DNA from: an uncultured Nitrososphaeraceae archaeon
GTDB lineage: Archaea > Thermoproteota > Nitrososphaeria > Nitrososphaerales > Nitrososphaeraceae
Length of the DNA stretch: 64,000 nucleotides
Assembly: GCA_963728595.1 (NCBI GenBank)
Contig: CAVSLF010000004.1
Span: forward strand, 34,014 to 98,013
Direction of reading: 5' to 3'
Numbering within the stretch: position 1 is the stretch's first letter; each line of letters begins with the position of its first letter. Position numbers and translations under genes: made by a program. Of this stretch, positions 42,736 to 52,804 are shown piece by piece. The notes under the pieces were generated by a model. The model did not search any database, was not told where the DNA came from, and saw only the letters and a program-made list of their open reading frames with translations.

Positions 42736-43338
42736 CTATGATATAACGAATGTTGAATTAGCTTTTAACGATCGTACTGATATTGAAGAACTATAATTAC
42801 CCGAATTTACTTGTTTATCATCACGATCCTGTTGATTCCATTCAAACTCCATGGAAGATCCTGGTGGTAATATTTTTGATTTTGATAATGAAGATGGTGA
42901 ATATTTTTCTCCGAATTGCAAATTCTTTATAACTACTGCCTTGGGGTTGTCGATTCTGAAGGGCTCGGTACTATTATTCTGGACTGTGATTTTTACTATC
43001 TGTCCCTTCTCATAAGTCTGTTTATCCGTAAAAATGAAAACAGAATTACTTTCGTTGGTGGTAGGTGTAACTGACTCACTTTCTTGTTGTTCTCTGTTAG
43101 AATCAGATGCCTCTTTTCGACTGCATTGGACTACGGAACCTTGTCCAGATGGTGGAGGTGGACATTGATCGGATGAAGGACATTGTGAGGGAGAACTTAC
43201 CAAATTCCCGCCCGTACAACGCACTTGTCCTTGAGCAGCTGCATATCTTATAACAGAATCAAAACCTTGGAATACGCCTACTGATGATGTAATGAGCGCT
43301 AGGGTTGTGCAAAGTAGAAGGCAACGAATTCCCTTCAT
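42736..43338 (-). CDS. Secreted protein: 4-Cys module plus Ig-like (BsuPI-like) domain
   Basis: Signal ending AAA; QVRCTGG..QCPSSDQCPP..C; TDKQTYEKGQIVKITVQN..LPPG...WNQQD...V.SGNY. Confidence 0.8.
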   Translation of the reverse strand: MKGIRCLLLCTTLALITSSVGVFQGFDSVIRYAAAQGQVRCTGGNLVSSPSQCPSSDQCPPPPSGQGSVVQCSRKEASDSNREQQESESVTPTTNESNSVFIFTDKQTYEKGQIVKITVQNNSTEPFRIDNPKAVVIKNLQFGEKYSPSSLSKSKILPPGSSMEFEWNQQDRDDKQVNSGNYSSSISVRSLKANSTFVIS

Positions 43339-43844
43339 ATCATCATCATTATTCGGAGATGTCGATATTAAAGTTAGCTTAGATTAAGCTTAAATTTTTT
43401 CCTTTTTGAAGCAAAAGGATAATCAAAGGTCGTCAAGAGCGAATATTCAAAAGAATCTTATCCCTTTAGTAACTGCTAACTATAGTTAGTATTAAGAAAT
43501 CCAAGTTGTCCTAAAGTGTCGTTTTTTACCCCTTTTTTCTGCTATCGTCGCTGCGGTAATTATTACTGCTCTACTTACTATTATTCCCAAGTTCGTACTC
43601 ACGATCATTTATCCGATGAAATGATCAATGTAACTGTAATAGTCACAACTAATCTATCTAGCCTTAATAGCATATTTTAGAACTAAGGGTCCTGTCAGAA
43701 GGTAACAATAGAACTCACTTAAGAGAAAGTCGATATCAATCAACAAAATATCGTAATAACCATGTGTTCATAATTAATGGCTAGAGAAGTCACAACCAGC
43801 AACATTTTGGTCACAAGTTCTTTATACCGCATTGACTCATCTAG

Positions 43845-44354
43845 GTGAGTGTTCATCTACCCAAGCAGAAGGTTTCTTTGAAGACTAAACCCCACCTTTC
43901 AACGACAGACAGGCTGATACTGAAAGAAATTCTCTCATCTAATGAATATAGAACATCCACTTTTCTATCTAAGAAATTAAAGGTGTCCAGGGTTACAATT
44001 CAGAGGAGGCGCAAGCGATTGGAGAAAGAATTCTTGGAGAAGGAATATACCTTATCTCATGAAAAATTTGGTTGGCGGCGTGTAGACTTCTTTATTTCAA
44101 CTATTAGCGGAAAAACCGATAATGTTGCAAGGGAGATTTTGGGGTTAAGGGAGGTAATATTTGTAGGAAAGAGTATAGGGGAGCATACGATTGATTTGAG
44201 GGTAGAAGCCATAGTCAAGGACAATAGTCAAATTCTTGATCTTATGGATAGGATAAAGGCAATTGACGGAGTTAGGCAAGTTGTATGGAGCGAAATTGTA
44301 ATGGGATTAGGGAATAGAATGTCTGTTCCTAGTTTCATTATAGACCGTATCTGA
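43845..44354 (+). CDS. Lrp/AsnC family transcriptional regulator
   Basis: LSTTDRLILKEIL..LSKKLKVSRVTIQRRRKRLE HTH; C-terminal RAM-like domain. Confidence 0.85.
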   Translation: MSVHLPKQKVSLKTKPHLSTTDRLILKEILSSNEYRTSTFLSKKLKVSRVTIQRRRKRLEKEFLEKEYTLSHEKFGWRRVDFFISTISGKTDNVAREILGLREVIFVGKSIGEHTIDLRVEAIVKDNSQILDLMDRIKAIDGVRQVVWSEIVMGLGNRMSVPSFIIDRI

Positions 44355-44755
44355 CCTTCATCCATGGACAATAATGTTAGTGCATGATAGAAGAATGAGT
44401 GAACGGCGCGAGAAAATCGTCTTCGAATTAGGTGGCCGAAAAAATCTTCATTAAACACAACCAACAGAGGGTAACTGTCATTCCATGAAAGTAACATCAG
44501 AATATATCTCAAGTGTCGAGGTCAACAAATTTGAAAATTCGTTCGACTGAGTGTTCATAAATTCATTGATCGACCTTAGGTCATTCTGAACGAAGAGAAT
44601 CTCTGAGAATTCTGATTCCATAGTTTTCGATCTTTTCGTTACTACTGCGTCTGAGTTGATATTCAAAGTCCCAGGGTAATGAAACAACTCTGTTGAACAA
44701 AATTCCATTTCAGAAGTGACACAGATATTTATCAGCAAGATAAAGTAAGATTATC

Positions 44756-45477
44756 ATGATATTGTCTAATAACGATGATAATAGTAATAGTCATCGCTTT
44801 GAATTAGATCGAGTCGCATTCTATGGTAGGACTATGCCCGAATATCTGATGATGTTTGGATTTGATGACGTTACTTCATTAAAAAAGTATAACACCATAT
44901 TAGATTGTCCTTCGGGTGCTTCGTCTTTCGTAGCGGAAGCTGCCAAGTATGGAATTAATGCAGTTGGCTGTGATCCATTATTTGATAAGGATCTGCGAAT
45001 TTTGCATGAACAAGGAGATAAAGATATTGAGTATGTAGTACAAAGAGTATCAGAAACGCCAGACCTTTATAATTGGGAATTTTATTCCTCAGTCGATAAA
45101 TTAAAGGAATTGAGAAAATTAGCCTTACGGCGCTTTATATCAGATTATGCTGATGGTGTTAAGGAAAAACGCTACATCAAGGGAATGTTGCCACGACTGC
45201 CTTTTGGCGATAAGACTTTTGATTTGGGGTTGAGTGGACACTTTATTTTCACATATAGTACTTTATTTTGTCCTCACTGGTAGAGTTAGTCAGGGTAAGT
45301 TGTAGGGAGGTTAGAATCTATCCTATTCAGAAGTCAAGTTTTCAAGCCTATGAACATATGACAAAATTACTTGATATATTGGAAAGAATACACACAATAA
45401 ATTACAAAATTGTAACTGTTACATTTGAATTTCAGAAAGGGAGCCATAAGATGCTTCGCCTAAGCCACAAACAATAG
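44756..45477 (+). CDS. SAM-dependent methyltransferase-like protein, frameshifted near 45270
   Basis: GRTMPEYLMMF, ILDCPSGASSF, LPRLPF.DKTFDL.LSGHF; continues ELVRVS..EVRIYP..FEFQKG in the next frame. Confidence 0.8.
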
Positions 45478-45569
45478 TTAAGAAATAAATCTTTGTTGAA
45501 TAGACGCATCTGTTGATAAAAAATACTCGTACCTGAGCTCTTACTATCAATATTTCAAAAAGGAAGAAT

Positions 45570-45795
45570 TTATGAGTCCGGTTTTAAGCTTTCATATCCA
45601 AAATCCTGTAGATCATATCCGGATCCCTTCAAAGTTTCCGTTACAAAATGTCTAAATTCGTCATCCGGATTCCAGGCACATTCATGACCAAACAACACTA
45701 TGGTCCCAAATCTTCCAGTTGATGGGTGTTCAATATTCTTTCGTCCACATTTGATACATGTATTCTCAAAAATCTTCTCGCTGCGCGGACTTCAT
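45570..45795 (-). CDS. About 74-aa CxxC protein with one extra base just after the start
   Basis: Removing one A from ATGAAGT gives MSPRSEKIFENTCIKCGRKNIEHPSTGRFGTIVLFGHECAWNPDDEFRHFVTETLKGSGYDLQDFGYESLKPDS. Confidence 0.45.
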
Positions 45796-45807
45796 GAGCG
45801 TTTTCAC

Positions 45808-46008
45808 TTATAACTTATGCCTTTCCGCGGCGTTAAGTATAATTTTAGCGACGTATTCTTCGATACCGAGCATAGCTGCTAAATCATTTGGCTTTGTTTG
45901 AAGTATTCGTCGTATTGTGAAACCTTGATTAATTAAAACGTCCTTAAGTCCGTCTGCAATAGGCAGAGCTTGTATATCGGACAGATGACGTCCATATTGT
46001 AGATCCAT
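45808..46008 (-). CDS. Stand-alone helix-hairpin-helix-like small protein (paralog of 29379-29597)
   Basis: 34 of 54 aligned residues identical by hand alignment. Confidence 0.75.
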   Translation of the reverse strand: MDLQYGRHLSDIQALPIADGLKDVLINQGFTIRRILQTKPNDLAAMLGIEEYVAKIILNAAERHKL

Positions 46009-46115
46009 GGATTTTAATGGACTAGGTGTTTTATAAAGTACATCTTTCTGATTCCCTTAATCTGAGGGTGCCTTTTGACACAGTAATGACTTTGTAAAAA
46101 ATAGAAAATGGGATG

Positions 46116-46259
46116 TTATTTAGTAAAAAAATTCACTTCTTTCAAATGCCCCATTCGTTTTAACGTTTTGCTTATGCCCATTCTGTAGGAGGATTCCATG
46201 ATGAGTAACGAAGGCACAAAGCCTGCCATCAACCATCCAACCATTTCCACCAATTCCAT
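46116..46259 (-). CDS. 47-aa single-TM microprotein (not in ORF track)
   Basis: MELVEMVGWLMAGFVPSLLIMESSYRMGISKTLKRMGHLKEVNFFTK; TTAAATA about 25 nt upstream. Confidence 0.6.
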   Translation of the reverse strand: MELVEMVGWLMAGFVPSLLIMESSYRMGISKTLKRMGHLKEVNFFTK

Positions 46260-46726
46260 GGGTTAAAGAAAAATGGAATATTTAATCATCTAAACAACAT
46301 ATATGAGAATTAATATGCAAGATCGATTACTTCAATTGATTTTTCTATTAATTTATACGCACAACTATTCATCTAGACTCAATTCTATTTAGTCTACCAA
46401 TTAAATAGGCGGGTCCTTTTTCAGAGCTGTTATTTGGTTACAACGTCGCAGCTAAAAAGTTGAGTGTCTCAACAATTTATTCTATTTGTGCTAAATGTCA
46501 TAGTACCTTATTTTTCTTGCTAGCTTTGATTTCAATCACAAAACCGTTTATTATTTTGGCTAACAGTAACGTATAAAATGTTGATTCAATCTAATCTGAA
46601 CTTCGTTCGGGTATATTTGAAAATGTCGTCGGAACACTTGATTCAGAATTAGTAAAGATTATCATAAACTAATTCATATAAGTGGATAAGCATTAAAGAT
46701 GTTTACTAATCTCTAGTTCCAGAAGT

Positions 46727-47005
46727 ATGAATGGTAGTTTGGTATTAAATGATTGTCTGATCTTTAGTACAGGTGTTTGCTATTTTTGTATATTGAGCGC
46801 GATACCTCAGATTCAGAAGCACTCAGAACGAAAAAAAGCAGATGGTGTTTCAAATCCGCTTATAATTTGTTTAATCATCGGACTATCTTTGTGGTTTATT
46901 TATGGAATTATACAAGAAGCAATAATTAAAAGCGCGAACAGCGTAGGCATTATGCTAAATTTTTTTCATCTGACGCTAAAAATCAAGGAGTCTGAGATTA
47001 TCTAA
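46727..47005 (+). CDS. SemiSWEET/PQ-loop family transporter (degenerate)
   Basis: IPQIQK....KKADGVS...GLSLWFIYG...AN; possibly decaying. Confidence 0.7.
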   Translation: MNGSLVLNDCLIFSTGVCYFCILSAIPQIQKHSERKKADGVSNPLIICLIIGLSLWFIYGIIQEAIIKSANSVGIMLNFFHLTLKIKESEII

Positions 47006-47472
47006 TGTAAGCTGATATTTTTATTGACATTAGACTGAAACCAGAAAGTAGTAACTGTAAGCTTTTGATTAATCGATAGACTTCAATTTTAGACCAAGAA
47101 CTTGTTAGAAAAACAACAATTTATCCATATCAGACGGCATGCCATAAATCTCAATACTACTTACTTGCTAGCCTATTAAATAGAATGATCCCAACTTGTT
47201 TTTTCATCTGTCGCTCGCAATAACTATGTATCAAAATGAAATTATCGCTATAAATTTAATTGCATCAATATCAAGACGTGGTTTTTATGCATATTCACAT
47301 ACAGAATAATTCAGGTAAAACTCCTATTGCTGTGTGTGCCCTGTGTGCCTGCCCGCATGCAGGTCGTTACATACTTAAGTCGTCTCTGCCTTCCTGAGGA
47401 ACTCTACCCTTTGGCTTACCCGGATCGGAAATCAGCAATAGGTAATAATACTTCGAAGGGTGAACACTACCC

Positions 47473-47700
47473 ATGTATAAGCCACAGTCAGTTTTTGTCC
47501 TTTGCGATATGTGTCATTGGTGTGTAACGTGGCTTGACAAGACCAAGATGTCTGCATATGATAAATGTCCTCAATGTACTAACTCGGAAATGTTATCTAG
47601 TTTTCCCATATTACCAGATGAATCATTTACATTTGATTATAGTAAGAAAAAAGGTGTAGAATTAGATTTTAAACGGAGAAAAAACAAGGAACACAATTGA
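47473..47700 (+). CDS. Small Zn-binding protein (CxxCxWC...CPxC)
   Basis: CDMCHWC...CPQC...FPILPDESFTF....GVELDF; paralog at 54739-54915. Confidence 0.75.
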   Translation: MYKPQSVFVLCDMCHWCVTWLDKTKMSAYDKCPQCTNSEMLSSFPILPDESFTFDYSKKKGVELDFKRRKNKEHN

Positions 47701-47789
47701 CCTATCAGTAATTCAACTCTGTTATAAGCTAAGTTGAAAAAAGCCTAAAGGCGACAGCATCAATGTAGAAGTCGCAAGAGTTAATTGAT

Positions 47790-48785
47790 CTAAAATATGG
47801 CTTTTGTTATTATCAGTACAAGAGCGGCCACAGCAGCACTCGCAGGTATAGTAATAATCCACGCATATACAATTCTTTTACCTACTCCCCACCTGACAGC
47901 AGATAGTCTTTTTGTAGCGCCAACGCCCATGATAGCTCCAGCAATCGCGTGAGTAGTACTAACCGGAATGCCGAGCCAGGCCATCGATGTGAGTATAACA
48001 CCGCCTCCCGTTTCTGCACAAAAGCCTTGAAAGGGCCGTAGACTTGTTAATTTAAAGGCCATTGTCTTGACTATTCTCCAACCTCCGAAGAATGTGCCAA
48101 GCGCTATCGCCAAAGCCGCAGATAATATGACTTCTATTGGAACTATGAAAGACTGAGAATCAAGGAATCCCCCTGCAATCAGCAGTGCTGTGATGACTCC
48201 CATTGTCTTTTGACCGTCGTTTGCACCGTGAGTAAGGGAGAAAAAGATTGAAGAACAAATTTGAAGACGGCCAAAAAGCTTGTTAACATGCGAAGATGTC
48301 TGGTTTCTGAAAAAGTACATTACCAGTAATGCAATTCCAAATGCACATGCGAATCCCAAAGCAGGTGACACAACTAAAAAAGTGAGAGTCTTCTCAATCC
48401 CTGGGGCGACTAAGGCTGAAGTGCCTCCTGCTACTAAGCCGGAACCTATAAGTCCTCCAATCAAAGCATGACTGCTGGACGATGGAAGACCAAAATACCA
48501 AGTTACCAGATCCCATACTATAGCCCCAATTAATCCTGCAAATATTACATCTACCGTAGAAAATGAGGGCTGTATTATTCCTTTTCCGACAGTCGCTGCT
48601 ACTGCAGTACCGAAAATAAAAGGTCCAGCAAAATTAGCAATGGCTGCGATACCCACTGCATACAGTGGCCTAAGTACTCTGGTCCCAACAACGGTAGCAA
48701 TGGAGTTTGCTGAATCATGAAAACCGTTAACAAAATCAAAAAAGAGTGCCGCTGAAATGGCCACCGCGATTTCAATGTTCTGCAA
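47790..48785 (-). CDS. pitA: Inorganic phosphate transporter, PiT family
   Basis: NGFHDSANSIAT, GLPSSSSHALIGG, HGANDGQKTMG, GIPVSTTH, AVRWG. Confidence 0.95.
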   Translation of the reverse strand: MQNIEIAVAISAALFFDFVNGFHDSANSIATVVGTRVLRPLYAVGIAAIANFAGPFIFGTAVAATVGKGIIQPSFSTVDVIFAGLIGAIVWDLVTWYFGLPSSSSHALIGGLIGSGLVAGGTSALVAPGIEKTLTFLVVSPALGFACAFGIALLVMYFFRNQTSSHVNKLFGRLQICSSIFFSLTHGANDGQKTMGVITALLIAGGFLDSQSFIVPIEVILSAALAIALGTFFGGWRIVKTMAFKLTSLRPFQGFCAETGGGVILTSMAWLGIPVSTTHAIAGAIMGVGATKRLSAVRWGVGKRIVYAWIITIPASAAVAALVLIITKAIF

Positions 48786-48794
48786 TTTGAAACC

Positions 48795-49427
48795 TCAACG
48801 ATATTTTAATGCAATATCTTCAATAACATCGGCAACATCTCTTGTCCTATCTAGTGCACCCTCCAGCGTTTCATAAACTTCCTTGCATTTTATGATTTCT
48901 ACAGCATCTTGTGTCTCAAATAGTTCAGCAATTGCGATGCGATAGACTTTATCTCCCTCGTGTTCACAGCTGCTAATCCCTTTACAATAATCTAATAAAT
49001 TCTGATGCTTTACCTTACGCAATTCAGTAACGGCCTTGTAGATTTGCTGAGAGGCAGTCAATAGTAAATTAGCAAGCTCCTGCATGTAACGAGAGGGTTC
49101 CTGGATCTTGAAGAGTACGAGTCTATCAGAAGTGCCGTACGTGGCATCAAGCACTTGATCAATGGTACTCGTTAATTCTGAAATGTCTTCTTTATCGAGA
49201 GGTGTGATGAATGTTTTATCTATTGTTGTAAATACCTTGTGAGTAAACTGGTCACCTTCATGTTCCAACTCTTTTAGTATAGAATTTTTTTCTTTTAGGG
49301 TACTATAGTTGCTGATTGACTCAGCCAAGACCGATGTCGCTTTCACCAGATTGTCAACTTGACCTTCAAGGAGAGCCATAATTTCGTTATCATTTGCACG
49401 CACCCAGGATAGCCAGCCGCCTGCCAC
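48795..49427 (-). CDS. DUF47 (PhoU-like) Pit accessory protein
   Basis: LEHEGD, TFITPLDKEDI, EHEGDKVYR, YETLEGALD; 9-bp gap to the pit gene. Confidence 0.93.
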   Translation of the reverse strand: MAGGWLSWVRANDNEIMALLEGQVDNLVKATSVLAESISNYSTLKEKNSILKELEHEGDQFTHKVFTTIDKTFITPLDKEDISELTSTIDQVLDATYGTSDRLVLFKIQEPSRYMQELANLLLTASQQIYKAVTELRKVKHQNLLDYCKGISSCEHEGDKVYRIAIAELFETQDAVEIIKCKEVYETLEGALDRTRDVADVIEDIALKYR

Positions 49428-49682
49428 AGGACATGGTTGTAATTATCATTATAGAAACCTTTCCTGAGATTTGACCAGTTTGATTCATCTGGTCGAATAT
49501 TGAGAGATGCAGGACTATTCCAGCTGTTAATAGCCTCGTGAATCACTACTAGGTGGATGGACGATTATTACCTAACGACTAGTTTAATCACCATTCCATA
49601 ATGATGCCACAGAATAGGGTGTTTGTGATTTATTATCATGACTCATCACAAATACTGGTGAGTGGACAAACATCTGTAACTC

Positions 49683-49847
49683 TTACGTCAAACGCCCCTC
49701 ATTGCGCAATTCAGAAATTATTTTCATCAACGTATCATAACCTATATCTACTTCATTTAAGATTCTGGAATAATCTACAATTTTATGCTTCTTAATGTAC
49801 TTTTCAATCATCTGCCTTTTCTTCTGATATACTCGATCTTGTTTCAT
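49683..49847 (-). CDS. 54-aa winged-helix-like microprotein (not in ORF track)
   Basis: MKQDRVYQKKRQMIEKYIKKHKIVDYSRILNEVDIGYDTLMKIISELRNEGRLT: three-helix HTH pattern ending L..EGRL. Confidence 0.65.
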   Translation of the reverse strand: MKQDRVYQKKRQMIEKYIKKHKIVDYSRILNEVDIGYDTLMKIISELRNEGRLT

Positions 49848-49929
49848 TCAGATTCATGCCATCCTTTTTATGAATTAGTACTTTAGAGGAAACTGTATTT
49901 ATCTTTCAATTTAGTTCTTGGTCATAGAA

Positions 49930-50200
49930 GTTCACTCCATCTCAACAAATTGCTAGAAGGCTGGATCAAACCATTTCTCCATTTCTAAGTTATTTTCCCA
50001 TATTTCCCTGATTACTCCTCGTTCAAAATCTGGCGCATATGAAACAGATACGTAAAGGAAAATAACTATTGTATTTGTTTTCTGGAAAAATATAGAATGA
50101 CGAACAACGTAGCAATTATCCCAATTGCTTCTCCCATACCAAAATACTCAGCATAGCCAATTTCGGTAATTATTTACTAGTGTAGAATTGCTCTTGATAA
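49930..50200 (-). pseudogene. Degraded membrane-anchored protein gene
   Basis: Fragments in different frames: ITEIGYAEYFGMGEAIGIIATLFVILYFSRKQIQ* and FERGVIREIWENNLEMEKWFDPAF*. Confidence 0.4.
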
Positions 50201-50477
50201 CCATTTCTCACGCCATTTTAAAATAAAGGAATGTTGAAAAAGGATTAATTCTCTGCAAACAAATAGAGCTGGGGCAGATAGGTAGACGAACTACCTTCAA
50301 CATTTGCCTAATTTATTTCCGCTTTACTTTTAAATTTGGTCAAGAAATTCAATAGTTATGCAGGAACCAAGTCCTGACTAGACGCCTTTAGACTATCATT
50401 GCAAATGTTCAGGCTAGAGGAAGAAGAGAGGTGTAATATTCCTAGTGGCTTCGGAGCCTAAAATGTATGGATATTGT

Positions 50478-50651
50478 TCAATAGGTATGGGAGTGAGTAA
50501 CATCATCTACGTTATAGCATATACCACATTTCCATGAAACATACTCTAAACATACATTACATAGTGAAGTTACTTTCAAAATGCTTCCACAGCCTCTGCA
50601 AGATTCCTTATTGTATAGACTCGAATATGGATTCCACAAAACAGTGCTCAC
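50478..50651 (-). CDS. Small Cys/His-rich Zn-binding protein
   Basis: CRGC..CNVC..WKCGIC..THSH; start moved to a GTG downstream of a TATA-like element. Confidence 0.7.
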   Translation of the reverse strand: MSTVLWNPYSSLYNKESCRGCGSILKVTSLCNVCLEYVSWKCGICYNVDDVTHSHTY

Positions 50652-51012
50652 TGTGAATTTACAATTACTTATATGGAACTCTCCTATTAACAGAAGACGT
50701 TCGGAAAAACACCAATTAATAGCATAATAAACCATGGATACCGATAACAAGGCAGAATAAGTCAATATCACGACTATATGATTGTCGGTTCTGCTCTACA
50801 AGATTTGCAGAAACAGGTTGTCTGAGAGCGTCTAATAGACACTTTGAACTTTAAAACAAAATAAATTTGGACTTGAATAAGTAATTAAGGAGATATCGGC
50901 TAAAGAAATACAAAAAGAAACGTTTACTTTGTAAGTTCGCATTCTGAAGACGAGTGGTGCTGTGAAGAAACAAAAATAGGAGGTAAGGACACCATACGGT
51001 GTCATATTGTGA

Positions 51013-51534
51013 TTAAGAGGCGTCTTTCAACTTAATCTTCTTGTCTGCATCAGATTTTTTCGCTTTATCTAATGAGATGTCTACAAATTCGGGCCTCTTT
51101 GCTGGGGAATTGCTCCCTTCTTCACAATATTGCTCCATCGTATTTGGCGTAATGACACATGATCTGTAAGCATCTCCCGGATTTACGGCAACTTTTGGAA
51201 ATGTGGCAACGAACTCGACGACGTTTTCATTTTGTGTTGAAGTGGTGTTGATAGCGACAGGGCTCATCGAATGAAGGTCAAATAATTTTGCTTTAGAATT
51301 TTCATTGACAGTAACAAGTGCTAAAATATCTCCTATCTCTTTGTTCGCTCCAAATACCGAAACAACTACCTTAAAAACGTCTTTGCCTATTCCGGTCTCC
51401 GCATGTGCATTATTCGCAAGATAAGAAACTGGTGCATAGTCGAAAACGGCTAGCAGGGGAGCAAACGCTACGGCTGGGATTACTATTTTGCGATACGCAG
51501 CAGACATCGATCTCACCTTAATATGTTCTGACAC
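51013..51534 (-). CDS. Secreted hypothetical protein
   Basis: Signal ending AHA; GKDVFKVVV, EFVATFP, C..C.EG.NSPAKRPEFVDISL. Confidence 0.75.
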   Translation of the reverse strand: MSEHIKVRSMSAAYRKIVIPAVAFAPLLAVFDYAPVSYLANNAHAETGIGKDVFKVVVSVFGANKEIGDILALVTVNENSKAKLFDLHSMSPVAINTTSTQNENVVEFVATFPKVAVNPGDAYRSCVITPNTMEQYCEEGSNSPAKRPEFVDISLDKAKKSDADKKIKLKDAS

Positions 51535-52405
51535 AAACGAGAATGAGGAAATAGCGATTATCTGGGTTTCGATGGATTTGTTGTATTGAATCTCTAAAGC
51601 TGCAGGTACGTATCTAAATTCGAGATAAATATCCAGAAGTAGATAATGTTTGAAAGAAAGGATATATTTAGACTAATTATTCCCACCATCCAATCTAACG
51701 AAAATTAATATGGATTTCTTGGAGACTGGTCATTATTGTGATTTCAGCGTCGGACTTCAATTGTTGTATTACATTCATTCTAACTTCTCTTATAGTGGTA
51801 ACAATTCATGGGGGATATCGCAAACGATTGCTATTGTCACTAACGAGAAACATAACGGCGGTCCCGGCACTAAAAATATGAAGTTTTGATCAGCAAATAA
51901 TGAAGCACTAGCCGGTGCTTAATAACAAAAAACAATCAATCAGCCAAATAATTATGTTGACGCTTTGGAAAGGCCTAAACAATCGGCATTTCTAAATTCC
52001 TATCTTGCCCAACTTAAGACATTTATCCCCGGGGTCCCACCCAAACAAATCTTTCTTTATACTAGATAAATTTTATAAGTGAAATAAATTTCAAAGTGCT
52101 CCGAAAAATGAATCACAATTATGATATTAGTACATGATTTTAGAAGTCGTTTTTGGTATTCTATATGAGGAAAATTGGTAAGTGCCCCGGATTTGAACAA
52201 CAACGAGTACAATCGTCATTTTTAATTGTAGTAATCTTTCCTGCTAACGTCCCTACCATTAGGAATTTTCTATTTTCCCTCTTGGACATTCGCGCCAAAG
52301 CCTGTCTTACCATCTTCAAAGTAAAATTACCTTGTCCTTTATAGAGCACTTTATAGCCACTTGACGAAACCTTCATTTAATAGATTAGAGTATAGTACAA
52401 TAGTA

Positions 52406-52705
52406 GTGTCAGAAAATTATTATGATAACGGTTCGATTGAAGGCTTTTTGCACGAACTAGATAAAGAGATAACTAAAGTCGTGATCTCGAAGGAATTCCG
52501 AAAGTTCAAGAAACCAACTACAGTCGTAACGGGTCTTGGCGATAGATCAGATATTGCTAACATTGCCCGAGAACTCAAAACAACACTTGGGACTGGAGGC
52601 ACATCCAAGAAGGGATTGATCATATTGCAGGGTGACCATAGGAATTCAGCCAAAGAGATACTTATTGCTAAAGGAATCAAAGAGGAACTAATAGAAGTTA
52701 GGTAA
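52406..52705 (+). CDS. sui1: Translation initiation factor SUI1 / aIF1 family protein
   Basis: KPTTVVTGL, IARELKTTLGTGGT, IILQGDHR; start moved to GTG. Confidence 0.9.
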   Translation: MSENYYDNGSIEGFLHELDKEITKVVISKEFRKFKKPTTVVTGLGDRSDIANIARELKTTLGTGGTSKKGLIILQGDHRNSAKEILIAKGIKEELIEVR

Positions 52706-52804
52706 ATCTCGAAGGGATAGTTAACGACTTTCTAGTCATTCTTAAGTCAAGTAATAGTTCATCAAGATATCGTCCTCCCTGGGATCTCAGCTCCCAAACG
52801 TGCG

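Noticed and set aside
44478..44738. 86-aa minus-strand ORF
   Set aside because: No motif, weak start, and it sits over the likely promoter of the methyltransferase
52161..52376. 71-aa basic ORF with CTRCC
   Set aside because: Abuts the SUI1 promoter region and shows no recognisable family; cannot be supported
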